From positions 1,142 to 65,141 of the forward strand of contig JAOADV010000013.1 in NCBI GenBank assembly GCA_026417135.1: a DNA stretch of 64,000 nucleotides, in the 5' to 3' direction. Position numbers and translations under genes: made by a program. The notes under the pieces are model-generated. The model did not search any database. It was not told where the DNA came from and was given only the letters and a program-made list of their open reading frames with translations. This DNA is from Ignavibacteria bacterium (GTDB lineage Bacteria; Bacteroidota; Ignavibacteria; Kapaibacteriales; UBA2268). Shown in pieces: positions 29,660 through 38,470 of the stretch (position 1 is its first letter; every line of letters begins with the position of its first letter).

Positions 29660-31289
29660 TTCTGCAACCCAATTAAGTTATCTCGATTACAAACCAAAAA
29701 AAGGTATATGGGCTTGGCTTTTAACAACAGACCATAAAAGAATCGGTTTGCTATATCTAATCGGTATGATGATTTTCTTCTGGGTTGCCGTTGGAATAGG
29801 CTTTGTGATGAAACTTGAAATGTTAACTCCGGACCAAACAGTTGTCGATGCACAAACATACAACTCATTATTTACTTTACACGGCTTGATAATGATTTTT
29901 CTCTTCATCATACCGGGCTTGCCAGCGGTATTTGGCAATTTCTTTTTACCTATACAAATTGGGGCACACGATGTTGCCTTTCCACGCTTGAACCTACTTT
30001 CTTGGTATTTATATATAATTGGTGGTTTGTTTGCTTTAGTATCTTTACATTTACAAGGTGGTCCAATCGATACTGGTTGGACTTTTTACGTCCCGTACAG
30101 TATACGAACGACCACAAACGTTATACTTCCATTGCTCGGAGCTTTTATTCTTGGTTTTTCCTCGATTTTAACTGGGCTAAACTTCGTTACAACCGTTCAT
30201 CGATTGCGGGCACCCGGAATGACATTCTTTCGACTACCACTTTTTGTTTGGGCACTCTATGCTACTGCTTGGATACAAGTAGTTGCTACTCCTATTGTTG
30301 GAATTACAATTCTTCTTGTAGTAATTGAAAGAGTTCTGCACATTGGAATTTTCGACCCGGCACTTGGTGGCGACCCTTTGCTTTTCCAACATCTCTTTTG
30401 GATTTACTCGCACCCCGCTGTTTACATTATGATTTTACCAGCGATGGGGGTGGTCTCCGAAATTATTCCTACCTTTGCAAGAAGAACAATTTTTGGATAT
30501 AAAGTTATTGCCTTTTCCAGCCTTGCAATTGCTTTGATAGGTTATTTCGTTTGGGCTCATCATATGTTTACTTCGGGTATGAGCGAAACTGCTCGATTTG
30601 TTTTCTCTTTGCTTACCTTTTTAGTTGCTGTACCGAGCGGTGTGAAAGTTTTCAACTGGGTCGCTACTCTTTACAAAGGCTCGATTGAACTTCGGGCTCC
30701 TTTGATTTATATATTAATGTTTATTTTTCTATTTTCAATTGGGGGATTGACTGGACTTGTCCTTGGCTCGTTAGCAACTAATGTTCACGTAACAGACACT
30801 TACTTTGTCGTTGCTCACTTTCATTACGTAATGTTTGGAGGGACGGCAATCGTTTTCTTTGCCGCAATGCATTATTGGTTTCCTAAAATGTTTGGAAAGA
30901 TGTACAACGAAAAAATAGCAATTTGGGCAACCCCATTTATTTTTATTGGTTTTAATATGCTATATTTTACAATGTTCATTCTCGGATATCAAGGGATGCC
31001 ACGAAGATATTGGAGTTACTTGCCAGAATATCAAGAATTACATATAATCTCAACAATCGGTTCGTGGATTCTGATTTTTGGGCTCGTGATTATGTTTAGT
31101 AATCTAATTTTTGGGTTGATTAAAGGGCGACGAGCAGATTCTAACCCCTGGGGTGGGGTAACTTTAGAATGGCAAATTCCTTCGCCTCCCCCCCACGAAA
31201 ATTTTGAAAAAATTCCAGTAATCGACCACGGTCCATACGACTTTGAAAGATTTAAAAATGAGAATAAAAATGAAATCGACAGAAGTTGA
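29643..31289 (+). CDS. coxA: Heme-copper cytochrome c oxidase subunit I, A2 type
   Basis: TTDHKRIG (D-channel), HGLIMIF, FWIYSHPAVY (YS motif, A2), VWAHHMF, VVAHFHY, GMPRR. Confidence 0.97.
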   Translation: MSNETNSATQLSYLDYKPKKGIWAWLLTTDHKRIGLLYLIGMMIFFWVAVGIGFVMKLEMLTPDQTVVDAQTYNSLFTLHGLIMIFLFIIPGLPAVFGNFFLPIQIGAHDVAFPRLNLLSWYLYIIGGLFALVSLHLQGGPIDTGWTFYVPYSIRTTTNVILPLLGAFILGFSSILTGLNFVTTVHRLRAPGMTFFRLPLFVWALYATAWIQVVATPIVGITILLVVIERVLHIGIFDPALGGDPLLFQHLFWIYSHPAVYIMILPAMGVVSEIIPTFARRTIFGYKVIAFSSLAIALIGYFVWAHHMFTSGMSETARFVFSLLTFLVAVPSGVKVFNWVATLYKGSIELRAPLIYILMFIFLFSIGGLTGLVLGSLATNVHVTDTYFVVAHFHYVMFGGTAIVFFAAMHYWFPKMFGKMYNEKIAIWATPFIFIGFNMLYFTMFILGYQGMPRRYWSYLPEYQELHIISTIGSWILIFGLVIMFSNLIFGLIKGRRADSNPWGGVTLEWQIPSPPPHENFEKIPVIDHGPYDFERFKNENKNEIDRS

Positions 31290-31935
31290 AGTTGTCCAAG
31301 AAAAAATTGCTGAAAAACAGCAAGAGCCATCTCATTCAGAACATACGCACAAAGATTTTTTTGGTGCTAAAATTGGAATGTGGTTGTTCCTTTTCACCGA
31401 AATGTTGTTATTTGGTGGCTTATTCCTTGCCTATATGGTTTATCGTTTGCAATATTCTATCGATTTCGTAATAGCAGCCCAAGATTTAAATTTACTCCTC
31501 GGGACCATAAATACAATTATTCTGTTGACAAGCAGTTTAACTATGGCTTTATCCATAGCTGCGATACAACGCGGGCGTAAAGCACTTTCGATATTCTTTC
31601 TGTTATCTACTATTGGTTTTGCATTGGCATTTCTTGTAATAAAGTATTTTGAATGGACTGCCAAATTTCACCATGGAATCTACCCCAATTCCCCCGAATT
31701 ACTCAATAAACCCAATGGTGAAATTATCTTTTATGGTTTATATTATTCTATGACAGGACTTCACGCACTCCACGTTGTCGTTGGGGCAATTTTGCTTCTT
31801 TTTATGTTGCTTTTCTTGTGGCGGAACAAAATTCACAAGGAAGATTACATAAAACTTGAAAATTCTGGTCTTTATTGGCACCTTGTCGACCTAATTTGGA
31901 TTTTTTTGTTCCCACTTTTCTACTTGATTCATTAA
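31270..31935 (+). CDS. coxC: Cytochrome c oxidase subunit III
   Basis: GMWLFLFTEMLLFGGLF, NTIILLTSS, TGLHALHV, GLYWHLVDLIW. Confidence 0.95.
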   Translation: MKSTEVEVVQEKIAEKQQEPSHSEHTHKDFFGAKIGMWLFLFTEMLLFGGLFLAYMVYRLQYSIDFVIAAQDLNLLLGTINTIILLTSSLTMALSIAAIQRGRKALSIFFLLSTIGFALAFLVIKYFEWTAKFHHGIYPNSPELLNKPNGEIIFYGLYYSMTGLHALHVVVGAILLLFMLLFLWRNKIHKEDYIKLENSGLYWHLVDLIWIFLFPLFYLIH

Positions 31936-31947
31936 GAAGGTTTTGGT

Positions 31948-32235
31948 ATGGAAAAAGAACATAAACATAATCTAATTCCTTACGGAACATATTTCCTTGT
32001 TTGGCTTAGCTTAATATCTCTGACTGTTTTAACCGTGTCGGTTGCCGGAGTGGATTTTGGTAGGATTGCATTATTTCTTGCATTGACAATTGCAGCAATA
32101 AAATCGACTCTCGTAATTAACTACTTTATGCACATTAAATTCGACCAACCTATCTTCAAGTTTTTCCTTGCGGTTGCTTTGGCAACTCTTGCAACTATTT
32201 TCATTTTAACTTCTACTGACGTTTTCTTCAGATAA
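31948..32235 (+). CDS. coxD: Cytochrome c oxidase subunit IV (caa3-type)
   Basis: Three TM helices, IA.IKSTLV..YFMHIK. Confidence 0.9.
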   Translation: MEKEHKHNLIPYGTYFLVWLSLISLTVLTVSVAGVDFGRIALFLALTIAAIKSTLVINYFMHIKFDQPIFKFFLAVALATLATIFILTSTDVFFR

Positions 32236-32248
32236 TTTTAGGAAGATT

Positions 32249-33226
32249 ATGGAGCAAGCATTAAGAAATTACGCACAGAATGTCGATAATGTAATGCTAT
32301 ATATAATTGGGATTTCTTTTCTACTGCTTCTTGTAATCACTATCGCTATGGTCTATTTCGTCATCCGATACAATCGAAAAAAGAACCCAGTTGCTTCGCA
32401 AATCGAAGGGAATAAAATTCTTGAAATTATTTGGATAGTGGTTCCCGTCGCACTCGTTTTAACAATGTTTTTCTATAGCGAATCAGTTTACAAAGTTGCA
32501 AGAAATGTGCCCAAAGGAGCTATGAATGTTAATGTCGAAGCTAAAATGTGGCAATGGAAGTTCACCTACGAAAACGGTAAAGTTACAGACACTCTCTTTC
32601 TCCCTGTCGGTAAACCAGTTAAATTTAATATTGTTTCTGCCGATGTAAATCATTCCTTCTATATTCCAGCTTTTCGTATCAAAGAAGATGCGATTCCCGG
32701 TCGCGAAAATTATATGGTTATCGAGCCAAAAGATGTTGGAGCTTTCGACATTGCTTGTGCAGAATATTGCGGACTTAACCACTCCTTGATGTACACAAAG
32801 GTTTTTGTCGTTCCCGAAAACGAGTTTTTCGCTTGGTATAATGGAGAAGTCGACAATACCTACCTTCAAAAGTTTGTTTTAGCACATTCTGGCGGCTACA
32901 AAGATTACATAACAGGAAACTACGCATTATTATTCGCAAAAGGTTGTGTTCAATGCCATAGCCTCGACGGAAGTAAAAACTACGGACCATCGTTCACCGA
33001 ACTTTCGCGGGGATATGCCAAGATTCGTTCGAATGGTAAACTTGAAACAATCCCAATTGACCGTGATTATATTGCGCGTTCGATTATTTCACCTGGTGAA
33101 CACGTCGTTGTCGGTTACGAAAAAGCAAAGATGCCTTTGCTAACGAATCGCATTCGAGACGAAGAACTAACTCAAATTGTCGATTTGCTCTTAACCAATT
33201 TTGTTAAAAAGAGTAATGAAAATTAA
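32249..33226 (+). CDS. coxB: Cytochrome c oxidase subunit II with CuA site and fused cytochrome c
   Basis: LEIIW, DVNHSFYIP, CAEYCGLNHSLM (CuA), C-terminal CVQCH...MP. Confidence 0.95.
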   Translation: MEQALRNYAQNVDNVMLYIIGISFLLLLVITIAMVYFVIRYNRKKNPVASQIEGNKILEIIWIVVPVALVLTMFFYSESVYKVARNVPKGAMNVNVEAKMWQWKFTYENGKVTDTLFLPVGKPVKFNIVSADVNHSFYIPAFRIKEDAIPGRENYMVIEPKDVGAFDIACAEYCGLNHSLMYTKVFVVPENEFFAWYNGEVDNTYLQKFVLAHSGGYKDYITGNYALLFAKGCVQCHSLDGSKNYGPSFTELSRGYAKIRSNGKLETIPIDRDYIARSIISPGEHVVVGYEKAKMPLLTNRIRDEELTQIVDLLLTNFVKKSNEN

Positions 33227-34085
33227 TATTAAAGATATTCTTACATTTACCAAATTTCGCATCAGTTTCTCTGTTTCGATTAGTTCATTGCTTGGCTATG
33301 TCTTAGCCACCCATACGATTGATTTTGATATAATATGGCTTTTACTTTCAATACTTTTTTTAGCGAGCGGTTCATCTGGTCTAAATCAAGTTCAAGAATG
33401 GCGATATGATGCGATAATGAATCGTACAATGGAAAGACCTATTCCGCGGAATAGGCTCTCGGTTTTTTCTGGCTCAATTCTTTCTTTCTCTCTTCTTTTA
33501 GGTGGATTTCTAATATTGCTTTTATCCACAAGTAATTTTTTACCAATTTTGCTGGCCACCGCAGCTGTTCTTATCTATAATGCTGGTTATACTCCATTGA
33601 AAAGAATATCCCCATTTTCTGCTTTGCCGGGTGCAATTATAGGGGCAATCCCACCAGCAATTGGCTGGACTTATGCTGGCGGCGATATCCTTCATCCTTT
33701 GAATTTAGCCCTGGCAACTTTCTTTTTCGTTTGGCAAATCCCCCATTTTTGGTTACTTCTTTTAGTTTACGAAGAAGATTATAAGCGAGCTAATTTCCCA
33801 GTGTTGACAGACATTTTTACTCCCTTACAACTTGCCCGTATATCTTTTATTTGGATTTTGCTTTTGGTCGGTCTTGGATTTTTAATAATTTTCTTGCTCA
33901 ATACTTTCAATGCAATTACCTTATCCATTACGGTTTTATTAAGTTTGCTACTTATTGCCCGAACTCACAAAATGATTAAGATATTACAACCATTAAGCTT
34001 TTACAAGTATGCATTTATTCAGTTGAACTTTTTCGTTCTATTTATGACTATCCTTCTGACCTTCAATAAAATTATAGGGCATTAA
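33216..34085 (+). CDS. ctaB: Protoheme IX farnesyltransferase (heme o synthase)
   Basis: NQVQE..YDAIM.RT..RPIP, YTPLKR, GAIPP.IGW, WQIPHFW, EDYKRA. Confidence 0.93.
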   Translation: MKINIKDILTFTKFRISFSVSISSLLGYVLATHTIDFDIIWLLLSILFLASGSSGLNQVQEWRYDAIMNRTMERPIPRNRLSVFSGSILSFSLLLGGFLILLLSTSNFLPILLATAAVLIYNAGYTPLKRISPFSALPGAIIGAIPPAIGWTYAGGDILHPLNLALATFFFVWQIPHFWLLLLVYEEDYKRANFPVLTDIFTPLQLARISFIWILLLVGLGFLIIFLLNTFNAITLSITVLLSLLLIARTHKMIKILQPLSFYKYAFIQLNFFVLFMTILLTFNKIIGH

Positions 34086-34098
34086 AGTCGGAGATAAA

Positions 34099-35394
34099 AT
34101 GGATTTTTTTAAACTAATTGCTTTACCCCATTCTACCGATACCTTGTTGTTGTTCGAAATTCTTTTCTTTTTTGGTTATTCCATTTTAGTTGTCTTTTTA
34201 TCTTATTTGTTCGGAAATCTAATTTTAAGCTTTTATTACTACTTTTTGAGTTACAAAAGCGGCGATAAGCGATATTTAGAAATTTCCTACAATTACTTAT
34301 CTTTTGTTTCTACTGGGTGGGTAAGTCTTCTTGGGCTTGGACTTTTCCCCCTCTTCGGTGTTCTGTTTGTTCTTATCCAATTTCTATTTAAACCATCGCC
34401 AGACTTGTCGGTAACTATTTTTTCAAGCTTTTTTCTGTTTATAGTTGCAATAATCTTATTGAAAATTAACTTTTCTCTCTTCCGAAAAGTTAAAGAGTAT
34501 GGCGAAAAGAAAATCAACTTTGGCTTGACTTTACTTTTTTCTACGACTTTGCTTTGCACTTTTGTAGTTGCATTTCTGACGATAGGTTTATTTTCAATCT
34601 CGCTCGAAGCCAAATTCAAAGTTTCTTACTTATCAATCGAAAAGTTTTTTTCTTTTGATGCACTTCTCCGATACCTAATTTTCGTTGTGTTTGCATTTTT
34701 GATTTCTTCAATTGGTTACATTTTCAAAACTTATTCAGCCGATAGGATTGCTGCCGAAGGTGTTGCAATTCAAACCGATGGGGTTTATCTTGGGAACATT
34801 ACTCGCACAATTGTTGCTTTAAATATTTTGCCCATACTATATCTTCTAATGTATGTAGCAGTTCCCGACAATTTAATCAATTATTGGTACTTCATCTTGC
34901 TAATTTTTTCTGTTCTTGTCCTGCTTATATCCTCAATTTTCGCATACTTTTCTTTAAGAGAAAAGAATGCAAGACTTGCTCGCCTTTCTTTTTATATTCT
35001 GATACTTTCTTTTGTGCTTTTCTTTGGTTCGGAAACAACATTGCTTGCAGTTTCGAACAAGGAACAAAAATTTAAGATTGCCAAAGAATATGTCGTCTTT
35101 CACGAAAACTTGCTTGCAAGCGCTGGAAGGGCTGTATCGCAAATTAATGGCGAAGAAATTTACAAAGCAAAGTGTTCGGCTTGCCACTTATTCGAAACCA
35201 AATTAGTCGGTCCACCGCACAAGGAAGTTTTAAAAAAGTATGAAAACAATCGGGAAGGATTGGTGAAATTTATTTTAAACCCTATAAAGATCGACCCCAA
35301 TTATCCGCCAATGCCAAACCAAGGACTAAAACCCAAGGAAGCAGAAGCAGTTGTCGATTATATGCTCAAACATTACGGACCTTTATTGAAGTAG
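34099..35394 (+). CDS. Multi-pass membrane protein with C-terminal class I cytochrome c
   Basis: About 8-9 hydrophobic segments, then GEEIY..KCSACH...VGPP...YPPMP. Confidence 0.85.
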   Translation: MDFFKLIALPHSTDTLLLFEILFFFGYSILVVFLSYLFGNLILSFYYYFLSYKSGDKRYLEISYNYLSFVSTGWVSLLGLGLFPLFGVLFVLIQFLFKPSPDLSVTIFSSFFLFIVAIILLKINFSLFRKVKEYGEKKINFGLTLLFSTTLLCTFVVAFLTIGLFSISLEAKFKVSYLSIEKFFSFDALLRYLIFVVFAFLISSIGYIFKTYSADRIAAEGVAIQTDGVYLGNITRTIVALNILPILYLLMYVAVPDNLINYWYFILLIFSVLVLLISSIFAYFSLREKNARLARLSFYILILSFVLFFGSETTLLAVSNKEQKFKIAKEYVVFHENLLASAGRAVSQINGEEIYKAKCSACHLFETKLVGPPHKEVLKKYENNREGLVKFILNPIKIDPNYPPMPNQGLKPKEAEAVVDYMLKHYGPLLK

Positions 35395-35412
35395 TTAAAC
35401 AAGAGAATAAAA

Positions 35413-35823
35413 TTATTTTTTTATCAATTTAATCTTGAATTTTCGCCAGTAGAAATAATAAAGATACGAAAACCCAACGATTAATATACTTAAAACAGCT
35501 TCCAAAATTAGTTTTGGAATAACAACGAAGATAGTTTTAAACAAGGAAAATTTAATTTTTCGCCCTAATTCATCGATAATCCCACCCTTTTTGCTTTTCG
35601 AAAGCAAAATATAAATTTGCATAAATGGTTGAAAGCGTTGGAATTCGATGTCGGCACAACCAAAATAGATAAACTCGTAATTTTTTCGAATAAGTTCCAA
35701 AACGAACTTTGGTTTTGCAAGTTTTTTTTCATCTACTTTGACAATCTCGAACTCATCGGTATTAAAGTTGTTTCTTTCAATAATAGTTGTTGCATTTCCA
35801 TTGATTAACAATAGCAATTTCAT
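35413..35823 (-). CDS. Hypothetical protein with C-terminal TM helix
   Basis: 136-aa ORF with protein-like composition; same strand as, and downstream of, the S24 gene. Confidence 0.65.
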   Translation of the reverse strand: MKLLLLINGNATTIIERNNFNTDEFEIVKVDEKKLAKPKFVLELIRKNYEFIYFGCADIEFQRFQPFMQIYILLSKSKKGGIIDELGRKIKFSLFKTIFVVIPKLILEAVLSILIVGFSYLYYFYWRKFKIKLIKK

Positions 35824-35892
35824 AATACTTTGGTTCCCAATATGATTTTGTTTAAAAACTTTTCATTAAAAAGCAAATGCAAAAAGAAATTT

Positions 35893-36459
35893 TTAATTTT
35901 CAATTTTTTTGAGCACATAAACAACCCGACCGAGAATTTCCAACTCAATTTCATTCGAAACAAATACAGAAGAATAATTCCTATTTTCTGAATGCAGAAG
36001 GTAGCCATCATCCAATTTTTCGACTCGCTTGATGAAGCAATCATCAAGTATCTTCACGATACAGATTGAATTGTTTTCGAAATCCGCTGACTTGGCAATA
36101 ACAATATCCCCGGGTTCAATACCAATTTCTTTCATTGAATCGCCAACAACCGTGAAGGAAATGTAATCTTTTCCGACGAAATACTCTCTTATCGCTTGCT
36201 TTTGTGGAGTAGATAAATCATAACTGGACAAGTCTATATCTTCTAATTTTATTTGATGAAGAATACAAGCATAGTCCAATGTCGAAAGTGTTTCAAGTTT
36301 TAAAAATGCTTGGTTAATTATTTTATCTGGAGCGAGCCCATATTCATTTAATTTTTCAATTTTCTTAGAAAAGTTCTTGGGTAAGGACCCAGTTCGATGT
36401 GCCCAAGCAATTGATTTTTCTACATCTTTAATCAAATTTCTTTTGTCTTCCTCATTCAT
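35893..36459 (-). CDS. S24-family (LexA/UmuD/CI-like) peptidase domain protein with no evident HTH or Ala-Gly site
   Basis: VVGDSM (catalytic Ser), GIEPGDIVI, FIKR (catalytic Lys), LHSEN.NY, ILGRVV. The ~95-aa N-terminus is unassigned. Confidence 0.88.
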   Translation of the reverse strand: MNEEDKRNLIKDVEKSIAWAHRTGSLPKNFSKKIEKLNEYGLAPDKIINQAFLKLETLSTLDYACILHQIKLEDIDLSSYDLSTPQKQAIREYFVGKDYISFTVVGDSMKEIGIEPGDIVIAKSADFENNSICIVKILDDCFIKRVEKLDDGYLLHSENRNYSSVFVSNEIELEILGRVVYVLKKIEN

Positions 36460-36928
36460 TTTTGTTCTTATTTTGTATGATTTTCATTATGTTTCCAGCT
36501 GCTGCAGTATAAAGATGGGCAAGTTCCAACAATTCATCTAAACTTTTATGAATTGGACCGGCATCCTCTGTAGTTGGAGTTACTTTTGAACTTGCTAATT
36601 CTGAAAAATTGAATTTGCTTGTTTCCTCTTTTGTTTGTTTTAGATTTATTTTTTCGCTAAAACGCTTGGAAAGTTCAGTTCCAGCAGTGTTTGGGGCAAA
36701 AATACTACCTTCTCCGGTTAGGATAAAAATAGGATTTATACCTTTACGATATAAACTTATCAGCAAGGAAGGGGGAACTTGTGCTCTTCCAGTTTCGTAG
36801 TTCAAAATTTTATGTAAAGTTTCGTTCAAAATATGAGCAAATTGATTAGCCGAAAGTTTAGACCCTTCGTTGAAAATACTTCGGATAAATCTTAATCTTT
36901 CACCAATTTCACGATTTAAGTTTTCCAT
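36452..36928 (-). CDS. XRE/CI-like HTH transcriptional regulator with C-terminal AAG motif
   Basis: IGERLRFIR...SANQFAHIL...ILNYETGR...INPIFILTGEGSIF (phage CI N-domain signature); ends LYTAAAGNIMKII. Confidence 0.85.
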   Translation of the reverse strand: MENLNREIGERLRFIRSIFNEGSKLSANQFAHILNETLHKILNYETGRAQVPPSLLISLYRKGINPIFILTGEGSIFAPNTAGTELSKRFSEKINLKQTKEETSKFNFSELASSKVTPTTEDAGPIHKSLDELLELAHLYTAAAGNIMKIIQNKNKNE

Positions 36929-36948
36929 TTTTTATTTGCAATTTTTAC

Positions 36949-37006
36949 TTAATTTTGTAGTAAGAAATACTAAAAAAATATGTATTTCTTACAATTACAA
37001 AATTAA
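36949..37006. promoter_or_regulatory. Nested inverted repeat (candidate operator) in the divergent promoter region
   Basis: TTAATTTTGTA-GTAAGAAATAC-(11 nt)-GTATTTCTTAC-aat-TACAAAATTAA: two perfect 11-bp arm pairs. Confidence 0.75.
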
Positions 37007-37033
37007 TAAATTTAACAAACAAAATGGTGGAGT

Positions 37034-37312
37034 ATGGAAGGGAAAAATGATGTTTTATCGAAATTGGAATTGGAAGATTTAACAGATGACCTAAAGCTTG
37101 TGGCAAGTGCTTGTGGTTTGGATACTGTCCGCCAACTCTTGCGAAACTGTCCGGGTATGTCTATTTATGTGCCAAAGTTATCCCGGCTTGAAAGGTTTAT
37201 AGTAAAATACATAAAGCAAAATCCAGAAAAGTCGTTTAAGATGTTGGCGAAAGAGTTAGGGGTTACTGAACAACATATTAAAAGGTTGTTTCGGGAAAGT
37301 CGATTTCGATGA
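37034..37312 (+). CDS. Mor-family (phage Mu middle operon regulator-like) transcription activator
   Basis: DL.LVA..CGLD.V.QL...CPGMSIYVPK followed by the HTH SFKMLAKELGVTEQHIKRL; GGAG upstream. Confidence 0.8.
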   Translation: MEGKNDVLSKLELEDLTDDLKLVASACGLDTVRQLLRNCPGMSIYVPKLSRLERFIVKYIKQNPEKSFKMLAKELGVTEQHIKRLFRESRFR

Positions 37313-37360
37313 TTTCCCCTTTTTCTTTAATTTCGATTTTTTTACCTTTAAATTAAAATT

Positions 37361-38470
37361 ATGAACTATTGTTTCTTGGTAACGTTGGATGGTTTTGGAG
37401 GGTTAGAACTGCAAACCATCCAAAGAGCCTTCGATACCCAAAAATTAGGGAATAATGCTTTGGCAATTGTCAAAAAAGGAACAAAAGCCGAGCTATTTGC
37501 TAAAGAATTAGGTTTAGAGTATAAATCTCTCACATCTAATTTCTACAAGTTCAATCCATTGGTTTTGCCTAAAATTTCAAAGCTTTTCACAAATTTCCAA
37601 GCCCAAATTTGTATTGTTCCAAAAACAAATCTTCTTTTACTTGCTTTACTTTCCAAAAAACTATCTAAACAAAAGCTAGCTGTGATTTTCTTTCAGCAAA
37701 TGCAATCTGGAATTATTAAAAAAGACTTATACCACAACTGGATTTATAAAAATCTGGATGGGGCAATTGTTCTAACCCAAAAGATGAAGGAAATGTTGCT
37801 CGAAACGACGATAATCGATAAAGAAAAAGTCTTCGTTGTTCCCTATGGAATTAAATGGACAGAATTTGTAAATTACAAGCAATCTAAAAAAGAGAACAGA
37901 CAGCATTTCAATTTGCCAGAAAATGCTTTTATAATTGGGTGTGTTGGACGAATCGACCCCAAAAAGGGGCAAGAAACATTGCTCGACTCCTTCATAAGAC
38001 TTTCTTCGACCGATACATTCTTAGTCTTTGCTGGTTCAATAGAAAGCTACTCTTATTATAAAAGTCTAATAAAAAAAGTAAAATCAAGTAATGTTGAAAA
38101 TCGTGTTAAATTTATCACATTCACGAAAGAAGTTCCAAAGTTGATGAATGCTTTCGATGTTTTTGTTTTGCCTTCGAGCTCCGAAACATTTGGTCTTGTA
38201 ATACTCGAGGCAATGGCAAGCGAGCTTCCCGTTATTGCCACAAATTCTGGCGGTGTCCCCGAAATTATTGAAAATGGGAAGGATGGCTTATTGTTTGAAC
38301 CAGATGATTCAGAAAATCTTCGTTTCTTACTTGAAAAAATCAAAGCTGATTCTTCCTTTGCGAATTTTTTAGGAAAAAATGCCTTGGAAAAAGTTAAAAA
38401 TAAATTTGATTACCAAAAAAACGTCAATATGTTTTTCGAAGTATGCGAGAAAATCTATAATCGATTATGA
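37361..38470 (+). CDS. GT4 family glycosyltransferase
   Basis: GGLE, VGRIDPKKG, DVFVLPSSSETFGLVILEAMA, GGVPEII. Confidence 0.92.
   Translation: MNYCFLVTLDGFGGLELQTIQRAFDTQKLGNNALAIVKKGTKAELFAKELGLEYKSLTSNFYKFNPLVLPKISKLFTNFQAQICIVPKTNLLLLALLSKKLSKQKLAVIFFQQMQSGIIKKDLYHNWIYKNLDGAIVLTQKMKEMLLETTIIDKEKVFVVPYGIKWTEFVNYKQSKKENRQHFNLPENAFIIGCVGRIDPKKGQETLLDSFIRLSSTDTFLVFAGSIESYSYYKSLIKKVKSSNVENRVKFITFTKEVPKLMNAFDVFVLPSSSETFGLVILEAMASELPVIATNSGGVPEIIENGKDGLLFEPDDSENLRFLLEKIKADSSFANFLGKNALEKVKNKFDYQKNVNMFFEVCEKIYNRL

Noticed and set aside
35413..37312. Prophage
   Set aside because: Only regulatory genes are present; no integrase, transposase, replication or structural genes, and no att sites recognised.
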